64,000 bases of DNA from Camelus ferus. Lineage: Eukaryota. Of the stretch, positions 1 through 11,696 are shown piece after piece (position 1 is the first letter of the stretch; every line of letters begins with the position of its first letter). A model generated the notes under the pieces. It searched no databases. It saw only the letters and a program-made list of their open reading frames with translations, and had not been told where the DNA came from. The stretch covers positions 46,316,001-46,380,000 of the forward strand of contig NC_045707.1 in the NCBI RefSeq assembly GCF_009834535.1, read 5' to 3'. A program made the translations under genes and the position numbers.

Positions 1-134
1 ATAGATTATATGCAGCTACTGTGTCCTTTTATATGAGGGACCTGAGCATCCTCAGATTTTGGTAGCTGTGAGGTGGAGGATGTGGGGGGTGGTGTCCTAG
101 AACCATTCCCTCGTCGATAGTGAGGGACAACTAT
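1..134 (+). mobile_element. 3' end of a Tigger3/MER7-like TcMar-Tigger DNA transposon (truncated by window edge)
   Basis: GACCTGAGCATCCTCAGATTTTGGTA...GTCCTAGAACCATTCCC...GATAGTGAGGGACAACTATA resembles the MER2/Tigger3 terminal inverted repeat followed by TA. Confidence 0.7.
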
Positions 135-479
135 ACCAGTTTATACTCTGATGTGTAAGCAGTGTAAATCTTTTTACCTAAACCTAAATCTTTTTAGCTT
201 TTGAAATCATTGTATAGAAATATATAAGAAAAAAAAAACAAATATTGCTTCTGTCTCTGTTTTGTTTGTAGTCCAGTCGGGAGGGGTGTGGCGGAGTTAT
301 GGACACTAGTCTAGGGTTGGGAAGGATGGCGTTGATGGAGGCCCCAGCCTAGGCGTGAAGGTGGGGTGGAGTGTCCTGGGCTCCGAACTCTGAGCACTTC
401 CAGGTCAGGGAGTGAAGGAGCAGGGTGGGAGGGGGCGGCTGCAGCAGTTAACGGGGGCAGATCTGACACCTCTGTAGAC

Positions 480-970
480 TTCGGATACCTAAGGCTTGGG
501 GACCCACTTTAGGGTGTTTAAGCAGAAGAGCGATGAGAACAGATTTGCGTTTTGGAAAGATCACTTTGGCTGTAGAGAGGATGGACCGTAGGACCACAGG
601 CTGCAGGAGGCCACAGAGGGTCTCCCATCCCAGGTGAGAACTTGGGCTTTGGAGTCAAACCCACTTAACCTGCTTCTGTAAATGGAAGAAAAGAGCACTT
701 CCCTTGTAGAATTATTGGGAAAGTAGAGCGAGAAAATGCTCATAGGGTCATTATCACAGTGCTCAATACAAACGTTAGACATGGTCACAGTAGTCTGCTG
801 AGTCTGACCACTTCTCACCGCCGCTGCCTCTGCATTTCTGGCCCCAGCCACCATCAGCTTTTACCTGGAGCATCAGAGTCGCCTCCTAACAGGTGTGCTG
901 GCTGCCATGCCTGCCCCCTCAGTCTGCTCTTCACAGCAGCCAGATTGTTTCAAAATGGGACTGAGTCACA
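480..970. mobile_element. Mosaic of ancient L2 fragments and a MIR core (~650-790)
   Basis: L2-like AGATTTGCGTTTTGGAAAGATCACTTTGGCTG and CCAGCCACCATC...CCTCCTAACAGGT; MIR-like CACTTAACCT...CTGTAAATGG. Confidence 0.6.
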
Positions 971-989
971 GACCAAGCCTAATTTTCCT

Positions 990-1385
990 AGTATGTGAAG
1001 GACTACAAAAAGATTGACAATCCAGTAGAAAAATGGGCAATTCATAGAAAAAAAAATACTAATGGCTGGGAAATACATGAATAATTAATTGCTCGGCTTC
1101 ATTCATAAGAAACATGCAAATGAAAACCATTTTTCACCTATCAGATTGGCAAAGACCAATGAGTTTGATAATACCCTGTTTGATAATGGCAAGTAACATA
1201 TTGCCAGTGGCATGGTTACAACCTTAATGGAAGGCAATCTAGCAACACTTGTCAAAATACCAAAGCACAAACCTTTTGACATAGCCATTTAATTATATGA
1301 ATTTACCTTAGAGCTATATTGTCACTTAGGCAGAACATCTATAAAAATTTATTAATTTCAACATTGTTTTCAATAGCAAGATATG
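990..1385 (+). mobile_element. Old L1 (L1ME-like) 3' fragment
   Basis: CAATCCAGTAGAAAAATGGGCAA, ATGCAAATGAAAAC, CACCTATCAGATTGGCAAAG, GGAAGGCAATCTAGCAA are typical L1 ORF2-end/3'UTR motifs. Confidence 0.7.
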
Positions 1386-1399
1386 ACTGACCCCCAGCC

Positions 1400-2320
1400 A
1401 CCTCTTTTACCTGATTTCTTATTACTCTTTTCCTTCGAACACTAAACTCAACTACTCTGACAGATCTACTATTTCTAACATGCCAAGCATTGCTCCCGCT
1501 TCAAAGCTATTCACATGCTTTTTCCTCTGCCTGGAGTACTGTTCTCTCTACCTGAAATGTTGTTCCCTCAGAGAGCTAAATGGTTCGGTCCTTCTCTTCA
1601 TTAATTCTGTTCAAATGTCATCTCTTCAAAAAGGCCTTCTCTGACTACCCCATTTAAGTAGCAGCTGCTCATCACTGCTCCATTATAAGGCTCTGTTAGC
1701 TTTTGCTGTGTAGCAAACCATACCCAAACCTAGTGTCTTAGAACACTGACATTTATTAATTTTTGACATTCTGTGAGTTGGTTGGGCAGTTCTTCTGGCT
1801 AGGCTGGTTTGGCTGTGGCCAGGTGGTCTAGATGGCCACATTCACATGTGTAGGATCTTAGTTGGTACAGTTTAAATGGCTGGGACAGTTGGGTCTTGTT
1901 CACATGGTGGCTGAAGAATTTTCAGAAGCAAGAGAAAGCAAGTCCATTCCACAAGTACTTTTCAATATCCTGTTTGACCACATTTGGTAATGTCATGTTG
2001 GCTAAAACATGTCATATAGTTGAGCCAGAGTCATTGTGGGAGGAAAACACCCAAGGGTGTGGATCCCGGGAGGCATGATTGGGGACCATGATTGCAACAT
2101 TGAACAGTAGATCCTTCATAGCACTTATCACCATTAGATATTACACTGTGTATTTTTTCATCAGTTAACTGTATCTTCTCCATGAGGAGGATGGAGTCCT
2201 TGTGAAGGCAGGGATTTGGTGTGTGTTTATATTTATTACTTATCTCTTCAGTACCTATAAAAGTACTTGGTATTTACTGGGCACTCAATACATATTTATT
2301 GAATAAATGAATTAATGAAT
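1400..2320 (+). mobile_element. L2 3' end interrupted by an MLT1 LTR
   Basis: TCAAATGTCATCTCTTCAAAAAGGCCTTCTCTGACTACC and the L2 terminus GGCACTCAATACATATTTATTGAATAAATGAATTAATGAAT. Confidence 0.7.
1693..2100 (-). mobile_element. MLT1-family MaLR solo LTR
   Basis: GTTAGCTTTTGCTGTGTAGCAAACCATACCCAAACCTAGTGTCTTAGAAC and TTGGCTAAAACATGTCATATAGTTGAGCCAGAGTCA are MLT1 hallmarks in reverse orientation. Confidence 0.7.
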
Positions 2321-2520
2321 AAGGAGATGGGAGGCTGTTGCAATAAAAAGTGGGAGAAGGAGGGCAGGAAGTATAGTGACCTGAACTAAGCCAATGGCAG
2401 TAAAGATGGAGAGAAGTGGATGAAGTGACTGTGTTGGAGAGGTAGTACGTGGGAGTATAAACAAAACTTAGTGATTGCTCGTATGTGGGAAATAAGAGAA
2501 AGTCAAAGATAAACCATGTT

Positions 2521-2652
2521 GTAGGGAGGGTATAGCTCAGTGGTAGAGTGTGTACCTAGCATGCACAAGGTCTGGGTTCAATCCCCAGTACCTCCATTAA
2601 AAGTAGATAAATAAACCTAATTACCCCCCCCAAAAAAAAATTAAAAATAAAA
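2521..2652 (+). mobile_element. tRNA-derived SINE (camelid vic-1-like), full length with TSD
   Basis: A box TAGCTCAGTGG, B box GGTTCAATCCC, then AAACCTAATTACCCCCCCC and an A-rich tail; flanked by AAAGATAAACCAtgTT (2505-2520) and AAAGATAAACCAcaTT (2653-2668). Confidence 0.9.
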
Positions 2653-3579
2653 AAAGATAAACCACATTTCTGACTTGGCCAGTGTGCTGGTTAATTAATA
2701 TTCTTAAATGCAAGCTCTATCTCAAAAGCCTAAGCAACAGGAGAACTTATTGAAAAGAAATTGGGGTAGATCAGGTAATTGAAAGGTTGTATAACCAAAG
2801 GGCAAAAGGGGACAGGAAGCAGTTGGGTCTCAGGAAAACTGGATCAGGTCTCAAACATGACCATGACTCTATACTTCCCTTCACTATGTGTCTTTTTGAG
2901 GATTGGCTGTATTTTCTCTCACTGTCAATTTGTTTCCATAACTTTACTACCACTGGCAGCTCCTAAATTTCAAACTGTAGGGACAACTGTTTTTTTTCCC
3001 CCTATCTTCAGTTTTTTGCAACTCTTTCTTAAAAAATAAATTCTATGACAGAACTCTTGCTGAATGATTCCTCAACGAGTCAAGTGTGGCTCGTGGGGCA
3101 GGGCCCCATGATAGGCCCAGCTTACATCAGGTGCCCATTCCACACTAACTGGCTAAGGCCAGGGGGACGGGACCATTAAGAACTTGGTAATGTAGATGGA
3201 AACACAGAGTTGGTGTAAAGGGAGAGAAGTTCGCTAAAGAAGGGGGCGCCATTCACTGACATGGGGATCTCAGGAGAGGATTTTGGATGAATATGTGTGC
3301 TTTTTTTAAAAAAAATCTCTGTTATTGGACTCTATTTAAGGCAGAATCTGTGTCTGACTCATCCTCACAGAATTACACAATTTTACTAAAAAAGGAATCT
3401 TATTATCTTAATACTTGTTTCTTAATATATCACTTTAACCCTCTTTTATAGGATTTTAGTGACAATAGTATTCCAAGCTATGGGTATACCAAAATATATT
3501 TAACTAATTTTCTGTTGGTAGACATTCAGGTGGCTTTCAAGGGTTTGTTTGTTTTGCTTATAGTTTATTATATATAAAA

Positions 3580-4175
3580 TTTGGGACTCCTCAAGACCAC
3601 CCTCACTTCTGATACCAAATGCAAAACCCCTCTCATGTTCAGTAATTTGCTGGAAGGACTGACAGAACTCATTGAAAGATGTACTCATGGTTATGGTTTA
3701 TTACAGTAGAAGGATACAGATTAAAGTCAACCATGGAAAGAGGCACATGAGACAGAATCCAGGAGTTCCAAGCAGGAAGCTTCCAGGCATCTTCTCCCAG
3801 CGGAGCTGTGGGCAGCCCGAAGTCCTCTCAGAAACAATGCACACGGCAGTACACGTGGAGCACTGCCAGCCAGGGAAGCTCACCTGAGCTTAGTGTCCAG
3901 AGTTTTTCCTGGGGCTTGGTCACAGAGGTGTGGTTGGCTGCCTGCATGGCTGACCTTAGTCTCCAGCTCCTGCAGGAGTTGAGCTGATACCATGTGGCTC
4001 AAGACCCCCACCATCAGTTCCTTGATAGCATAGACAATCTGGTGTGGCCCAAAGTTCCCAGGTAAACAAAGGCACTCTTACCAGGCAGGACATTCCAAGG
4101 GCTTAGAGATTACCTCTCAGAAGCTGAGAGCAAAGGCCAGACCTCTCTTTGGATAAAGTTAATTTTTTACTACTC
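3580..4175 (-). mobile_element. MER77/MER21-family ERVL-type solo LTR
   Basis: CCTCACTTCTGATACCAAATGCAA, GAAGGACTGACAGAACTCA, GGTTTATTACAG, and the end GGCCAGACCTCTCTTTGGATAAAGTTAA match this LTR family. Confidence 0.7.
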
Positions 4176-4469
4176 AGTATGTGATATATATAATACTATG
4201 ATGAACATCCTAATAGTTGTAGCTTTTTAAAAAATAGCTTTAGTGTCTTTATAAAAAAGAACACATGTCCTTTATAAAACAAAATGAACAACATAGTAAA
4301 AGAAAACAATGAGAGCAAAATTAGCCCAAATTCAATCCCTAGGTGATAGCAGTGATTAATACATTAGAGTGTGTCCTCGCAGACATCTTTTATGCAGTTT
4401 ATATACCCAGTAGATACAGTTTTATATCAACAAAATCATTGTATTCATGTTGACTAATAATTGGTTTAT

Positions 4470-5450
4470 GGATATTTAAGTTCTTTAAATTGGTTTTATT
4501 AACTATTGACTGTATACACAAATTACTTATGAAGATAAAGAAGCACATTTGTCACCAAACACCCTTAATTACCACCAAGTTTTGCCATCAATATTTTTGT
4601 TACCTTTAAAGTCTCAGGTATGCCTCTTGCCTCTCTCCAACCTTGACCTCCTTCCTCTCCCTCAGAGGTAACCTCTGTCCTGAATTTATGTCTATCGTTG
4701 CCTTGTTTTTAGTTTTACCACAAATATTTGTTTCTCTAAACAATGAGTGAATTAGCTTTGCATTTTTTGGAACTTTACATAAAAAGAATCATACTGTAAA
4801 CATTATGCTGCAACTTGCTGTTTCCTCGCAACTCTTCCTGAGGTCATCCATTTTCACTGCTGTTTATTTATCTATTGCACTGTTGATTGACAATTGGGAT
4901 TGTTTCTATTTTCTTGGTCTTACAAACAGTGTAGATATGAACACATGTGCAAGAGTTTCTCTTGACTACATGCCCAGGAGTGAAACTGCTGGGTCATAAG
5001 ATATGCACATCTTCAGCCTCATCAGATAACTAACGTCAAATTGTTTTCCAAACAGGTCCTGCCAGCTTACATTCCCACAGGCAGTGTAAAAGTGTTGCAA
5101 TGACTTCACGTTCCCACTGACACTTGATATTTTATTTTTATATCTTTGTGTACTATCATGCTAATCAAAGTAAAATTAGAAACTTATGGTAAATATTACC
5201 AAATTGCCCCTGAAAAAGGTCTTACCAATACATACTTTCACTAACGTTATATGAAAATCTCTTTCCTTACATCTTAGGCAATACTGAAAACTATGATTCT
5301 TTAATATTCGCCAATTTTAATTTTAGTGTTTGCCAAGTAGCTAGGTGAAAAAAAAATTATCTAATTTTAGTTTACGTTCTTTGGTTACTAGGATTTTAAT
5401 GTTTTTGAAAGTCTTCATTTCTTCATATATAAAATGTCTTTTCATATAAA
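4470..5450 (-). mobile_element. Old L1 (L1ME-like) 3' fragments, antisense
   Basis: CAGAGGTAACCTCTGTCCTGAATTT, CCCAGGAGTGAAACTGCTGGGTCATAAG, TTACATTCCCACAGGCAGTG. Confidence 0.65.
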
Positions 5451-6378
5451 ATTGTGGTGTTTGTAGATCCAAGGTCAGGGGTATGAGAGTGGAGCATTGA
5501 GTAATAAAAACTTTTTACAGAGTCAAGAGGCACGGTTCTGTGCAGCAGAAGAAAAGACAACTCTTGAGATTTTATTATTTCGAAGTTAGTACAGCTCTTT
5601 TACCCTAATTGAAAGGAAACCAGAGATACTAGGCTTTGACAAACTATCAAATTAAATTCTGTTTTCACTGTATGGAACTTATAAATCATATAGTATAGAA
5701 TTAGATATTTTAAAATAGCATTTACATAATTGGATTAGATATAAGTACATCTACAAATAACCTAGACTTGTCCGTTTTCTCCAATGATTTCAAAATAGTA
5801 TCCATATTATTTTAAATGTTTAATAATTGAAAAAACTGAAACTGCAGGAAGATAAATGATCTTTGCACAGTCACAGCAAATCAATACCAAAGTCAAGAGT
5901 AAAAATCATTTTCAGTGTATTATTATGGTCGGTCTAAACTCTTCAAACCCCCTGCAAGGTTTTATGTATCAGGAATTTAAGTGTTTTGAAGATGAAAGAC
6001 TTCAGCCAGAGAATTGTTAGTTAATACACAAAACAAAAACATTAGCATTGAGAGTTTCTAAAGTGTCGAAAGCTTAAGTGTTTTAATGCTAAAATCCTTG
6101 ACATTTAAAAGGCTCAGGAGCCAAGCTTACTGAAAGCCAGCTAACATACAAATTATAACAGTTTGTTTCTCTCAGGCCTTGGCATGCTTCTTTTTGATGC
6201 CAAAAGTAGAGTGAGATATTTGAGATTTAAGCTCTTTGGAAAATTGTATAAATTAGAACTATATTCTGCATGAAAGAATATCCTTGCATCATTTTTCCTA
6301 TTTCTTCCTCTAGGAAGTGCTTAGACTTTACCACCAATTTTAGGTCAGTACAGAGGGATCAGCTGTGAGAAACATCCA

Positions 6379-6898
6379 TGATATGGTTGAGAACACCCTA
6401 GCATAAAATATGGTGTCTTAGCACGTTGACTATTGTAAGCTGAAGGAATTTGAGAAACAGGCTATGCAGGAAGAACTTTCTGACCTTCCTCTGAAGCAGA
6501 TCATATAACCCTCATAGAAGAGGTGACCTCCGCAAACTTGGGGGAAAGGAGTATCCTGATCTCTGAAGACAAAGGACGCAGAAGAATCTGAAGGAACAGG
6601 CCTTGCTAAGTCACCTCTAGTTTACTATGCTTTGCACACACACTTTGTTCTATCTTTTTTTTTCATGGCTTTGTTCTTTTTTTTTTTTCATGGCTTTCCA
6701 CACTTCCTCAAACCTAGCATAAAAATACTCAGGTTTAACCACTAGGTCAAGTCTTCACTTCCTTATGAAGGCTCCCATGCTGTGTAAACCTTATATTAAC
6801 TAAATTTGTATGCTTTTCTCTTGTTAATTTGTTTTTCGTTACGGTGCCCCCAGCCTAGAACTTAGAAGGGTAGAGGAAAACATTTTTCCTCTCCTACA
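6379..6898 (+). mobile_element. MER34-like ERV1 solo LTR, complete
   Basis: TG...CA termini with an exact 4-bp TSD TCCA (6375-6378 and 6899-6902); AAGCTGAAGGAATTTGAGAAAC and TTTGTATGCTTTTCTCTTGTTAAT motifs. Confidence 0.8.
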
Positions 6899-7929
6899 TC
6901 CAGTGATTTCCTCATGCTGCCCTTTGCCTCCTAATGCTTCAGGTTTTGGTGTCCCCTGCCTTCCTTCTTCCTTCCTCCTAAGTTGTTTAGATATAATTTT
7001 AGTGCCAAGAATTGATGAGGGAAAATAAGAGGCAATAATCTGGTATGGTTGTCAATTCTATACCCAGAGTTAACATTTTTGGAATAATGTTCTTTGCTTG
7101 ACAACAACTTCCTAAACACCTTGGGAATTTGGTGGGGAAGGATGTGACAGAGACTATGTTTTCTTCTTTCAAGGAATTTAACCTTCATTTCTGAGGGAGT
7201 AAACACTGCTGTAGTGTCCTCTATCTTTCATCTTTCCCCACAAAGCTAAAAGAATTTGCAGTAGGATAAGGTAGGTTTGCAGTTGTTTGGGAACCCTTCC
7301 AATTCCATTCTATCACAGCCTATCTCCTTTCACCATCACCTCAAACTTAGGGTTTTAGAGGATTCAGGCATTAGTCTTGAGTTAGAGAAAAATTATATAA
7401 CTAGAAATTATCCTGAAGAGCTAAAAATAGGAAGGAATCCCTCAATGAAGTATTAGCAAACTGAATTCAACAATACAATGTAAAAGGATCATACAGCATG
7501 ATCAAGTGGGGTTTATTTCACAGATGCGAGGATGGTTCAGCACCTGCAAATCAATCAGCATGATACCCTCACATTAACAAAACAAAGGATAAAAATCATT
7601 TGATCATCTCAGTAGATGCCGAAGAAACATTTGACAAAATTCAACATTTGTTTATGATAAAAACTCACAATGAATTTGGTATAGAGGAAACGTACCTCAA
7701 CATAATAAAAGCCATAATTAACAAATCCATGGCTAACATACTCAACAATGAAAAGCTGAAATCTTTTCCTCTAAGATCAGGAACAAGAGAAGGATGCCCA
7801 CTATGATCACTTTTATTTAACATAATATTGGAAGTCCTAGCCACAGCAATTAGGCAAGGAAAAGAAATAAAAGGAATTCAAATTGGAAAGGAAAAATAAA
7901 ACTGTCAATATTTGTAGATAACATGATTT

Positions 7930-7985
7930 TATATATATATATATATATATATACATATATATGTATATATATATATATATATATA
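7930..7985. repeat. (TA)n microsatellite inside L1 ORF2
   Basis: Interrupted TATATA run seen directly. Confidence 0.95.
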
Positions 7986-9514
7986 CATACTGTACCAAAA
8001 ACTTTAGAACTAGTAAATGAATTGAGCAAAGTTGCAAGATACAAAATTAATATACAGAAATCAGTTTTGTTTCTCTACACTAATAATGAGTTATCAGAAA
8101 GAGAAATTGAGGGGAAAAAATTCCATTTACAATTACATCAAAAATAATAAAATATCTAGGAATAAATTTAGTCAAGAGGGTGAAAGATTTGCACTCTGAA
8201 AACTATGAGACATTGGTGAAAGGAATTGAAGATGATATAAATAAAGGGAAATATATATTATGCTCATGAATTGAAAGAATTAATACTGTTAGTCTATACT
8301 ATGTAAAGCAGTCTAAAAGTTCAATTTAATCCCTGTCAAAATACCAGTGGCATTTTTTGCAGAAATAGAACTAATAATCCTAAAATTTGTACAGCACAAC
8401 GAAAGATCTTGAACAGCTAAAACAGTCTTGAGAAAAAAGAACAAAGCTGGAGGTATCACACTCCCTGATTTCAAACTACACTGCAAAGCTATAGTAACCA
8501 AAAGAGTATAGTACTGGCCTGAAAACAGAGACAGATCAATGGAACAGAATAGAGACCCCAGAAATAAACCCACACATATATGGTCAATTAATCTATTACA
8601 CCAAAGGCAAGAATATACAATGGAGAAAAAAACATCTTTTCAATAAGTGGTGTTGGGAAAACTGGACAGCCATGTGCAAAAGAATGAAACTGGACCACTA
8701 TCTTATACCATATACAAAAATAAATTTTAAAATGGATTAAAGAGTTGAATGTAAGACCTGAAACCATAAAACTTTTAGAAGAAAACATAGGCAGTAAACT
8801 CTTTAGCATCCTTCTTAGTGATATATTTTTGGATCTGTCTCCTCAGGCAAGGGCAACAACAGCAAAAATAAACAAATTGGACTAAATACCTCAAACTAAA
8901 AAGCTTTCGCACAGTAATGGAAATCATCAACAAAATGAAAAGACAACCTACTGAATGGGACATGTTGGTAAATTATACATCCAATAAGGGGTTAATATCC
9001 AAAATGTATAAAGAACTTATACAACTGAATATTAAAAAGACAATTTGATTTAAAAATGTGCAGAAGACTGAATAGACATTTTTCCAAAGAAGACATAGAG
9101 ATGGCTAACAGACAAATGAAAAGAAGCTCAACATCACTAATTATCAGGGAAATGCACATCAAAACCACAATGAGATATCACCTCACACCTGTCAGAGTGG
9201 CAGTTATCAAAAGGACAACAATTAAGTGTTAGTGAGGATGTGGAGAAAATGGAACCCTCAGGCACTGTTGTTGGGAATGTAAACTGGTATGGCCACTGTG
9301 GAAAACATTTGGAAGTTCCTCAAAAAATTTAAAAATAGAATTACCATATGGTCCAGCAATTCCACGTCGGGGTGTTTATCTGAAGAAAACAAAGGTACTA
9401 ACTTGAATAGATATATGCACCCTATATTCATACGTTCACTGCAGCATTATTTACAATAAGCCAAGATATGGAAGCAACCTGTCTATTGATAGATGAATGG
9501 ATAAAGAAGATGTG

Positions 9515-9575
<61 letters not shown>
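9515..9575. repeat. (GATA)n microsatellite in L1 3'UTR
   Basis: Perfect GATA tandem run seen directly. Confidence 0.95.
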
Positions 9576-9999
9576 TCTTAAAGCTGGAGGTATCATGCTC
9601 CATAAAAAAGAAAGAATTCTTGCCATTTGGAACAACATGGAGGGACCTAGAGGGTATTCTAAGTGAAATAAGTCAGAGAAAAACAACTACCATATGATTT
9701 CACTTACATGTGGAATCTAAAAAACAGAATAAATGAAAAATAAAACAAAATGAAACAGGAACAGATTCATAGATACAGAGAGCAAACACGTGGCTGCCCA
9801 GAGGGGAGGGGGCTTGGGGTGGAGGGCAGAATAGGTGAAGGTCATTAAGAGGCACAAACTTCCAGGAAGAAAATAAATGAGCCATGGGGCTGTAATGTAC
9901 AGCTCAGGGAATATGGTCAGGATTATTTTAACAACTTTGTATGGTGACAGGTGGTAACTAGGCTTACTGTGGTGACCATTTCAAAATGCATATAAGGGA

Positions 10000-10715
10000 A
10001 AAGACAGTGACCTTCATTAAAGTGATGGCCATGGGGACCAAGAGAGGTAGATTTAAGATAGGTTTTGGGTATGAATCTGGTACAACTTGTTTATACATTA
10101 GCAGTGGGGTGTATGGGAAAGGGGGAAGTCAAGAATGACTCGGATTTGGGCTTGAGCACTTGGGTTAGACAATGATGCCATTTATTGAGACAGGGAAGAC
10201 TGAAGGACAGGAGCTGTTTAAGATTTATTATTTTTGAAATATCTGTTAGATACCTGTGTCAAGCAAGCAGTTGCATACATGTCTGAATGCACGTGAGATA
10301 TCTGCGGTGGGAGATACATGTTTGGGAATCATCAACACATAGAAGGCATTTAAAACCATAGGACTGGAGAGATCATCTAGACAGAGAAGAGCACTCAGGT
10401 CTGAGTCTTGGGCTTGCTAACATTTAAAGGTCAGGCAGAAACAAAGTGTCTGGTCAGTAAAGCAGGAGGAAATTTAGAAAACTTGAGAATGTTTTAAGAA
10501 GTGATCAGCTGTTGAAGGCTGAAAGGCTGAGCACTTTCTGTGTGGCTTGGGGTAAATTGCTTCATCTTTCTAGCCAAACTCAATTTCCTCGTGAGTAAAA
10601 TGTGGACAAAAATAGCACCACACTTACAGTGTTGTTGGGAGTATTTTTGAAAAAGCAATGTATGTAATGTTCTGTGTGTCTGGCATGTAATAAGTGATAA
10701 ATGGTATCTATTGAG
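10000..10715. mobile_element. Antisense L2 fragment followed by MIR
   Basis: GGAAGTCAAGAATGACTC..TTTGGGCTTGAGCACTTGG, ATGCCATTTATTGAGACAGGGAAGACTG (L2); GGGGTAAATTGCTTCATCTTTCTAGCC..CAATTTCCTCGTGAGTAAAATG (MIR). Confidence 0.7.
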
Positions 10716-11696
10716 TTTTGAAAGCTATAAGGGGAAATATATGTCAGAGGAAAAAGTATATACACTTGGAAAATTCTGAATAACAAATATCCAGTTTCAT
10801 TACATCTTGCAAATCATTCTTTAATGTTCCTTTTAGTCTTTGTGTCTTTTTAGCTCTTCTGGAGTCAGGGCTTAAGATATGAGAATTCCTTCTGCTCTGG
10901 ATAGTCAAAAGTTGCTATGACAACTGCCTGGAAATGAAAGTACTGTGCTTTATTTATTTATCTGAGGGTGATGCGCTGCAGAAAGAGGGAAACGAGATTG
11001 CCACAAACGTTTCCTCATAACCTTTAAAAAGACGACATGCAAGGGCCATCTTCCCTCTCATGCTGTCAGTATCCTTTGTAATGTATGTAAGATTTACTCT
11101 CTTCTTTCATAAAGTATTTGAGGTCGCTGACAATATTGAGACATATCAGTTGAGGCAGTTTAAAAAAGGTAAATCAAGAAGATTACATATTATTTGGAGA
11201 AGTAATCTAACAAACCTACAATAGTGTTATTAACACTGTGCAACGAATTTGCCTCCAAGTATTTTGGAAGTCAAATAAAAATGGAAAACATGATGGTTTA
11301 AGGAATTCTCAAAAGTCTGCTTAAAGGCCACAGGCAGGTTCATTAGGAGAAATTTTTAAATTAACATATATGTTTATGTTCTACGATAATAATAGTGGCC
11401 AATATTTGCATACGACTTTACAGTTTATAAAGCACTTTCATGCTTTACGGAAGGTGTTATTACAGCAACAGGTTAACATACATAGAGAAGTTGAATCATA
11501 AATCTTTTATTTCTAAAACCTTGCTTTTTCTACTATACTTAGAGGCAAATTCCTTAATTGCAACTAAAAAAACATTGTGAAATGTAATATTCACAGAAGT
11601 ACATAAAATATGTATACCTATTTTAAGAAATAACTGTAAAACAAATATCCATGTGGCCACAGTAGTCAAGAAACAGAACACTCTTGGAATTCTAGA

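Larger units (their letters stand above)
7445..9995 (+). mobile_element. 5'-truncated L1 (ORF2 RT/C-terminal region plus 3'UTR), decayed
   Basis: Translates to [30 protein letters not shown] and degenerate catalytic motif SIFVDNMILY (FADD equivalent); many stops and frameshifts. Confidence 0.95.

Noticed and set aside
2525..2595. Apparent tRNA gene (A and B boxes)
   Set aside because: It is followed by a SINE-specific tail and poly(A), has a TSD, and related copies lie at 43.1 and 61.2 kb, so it is a SINE.
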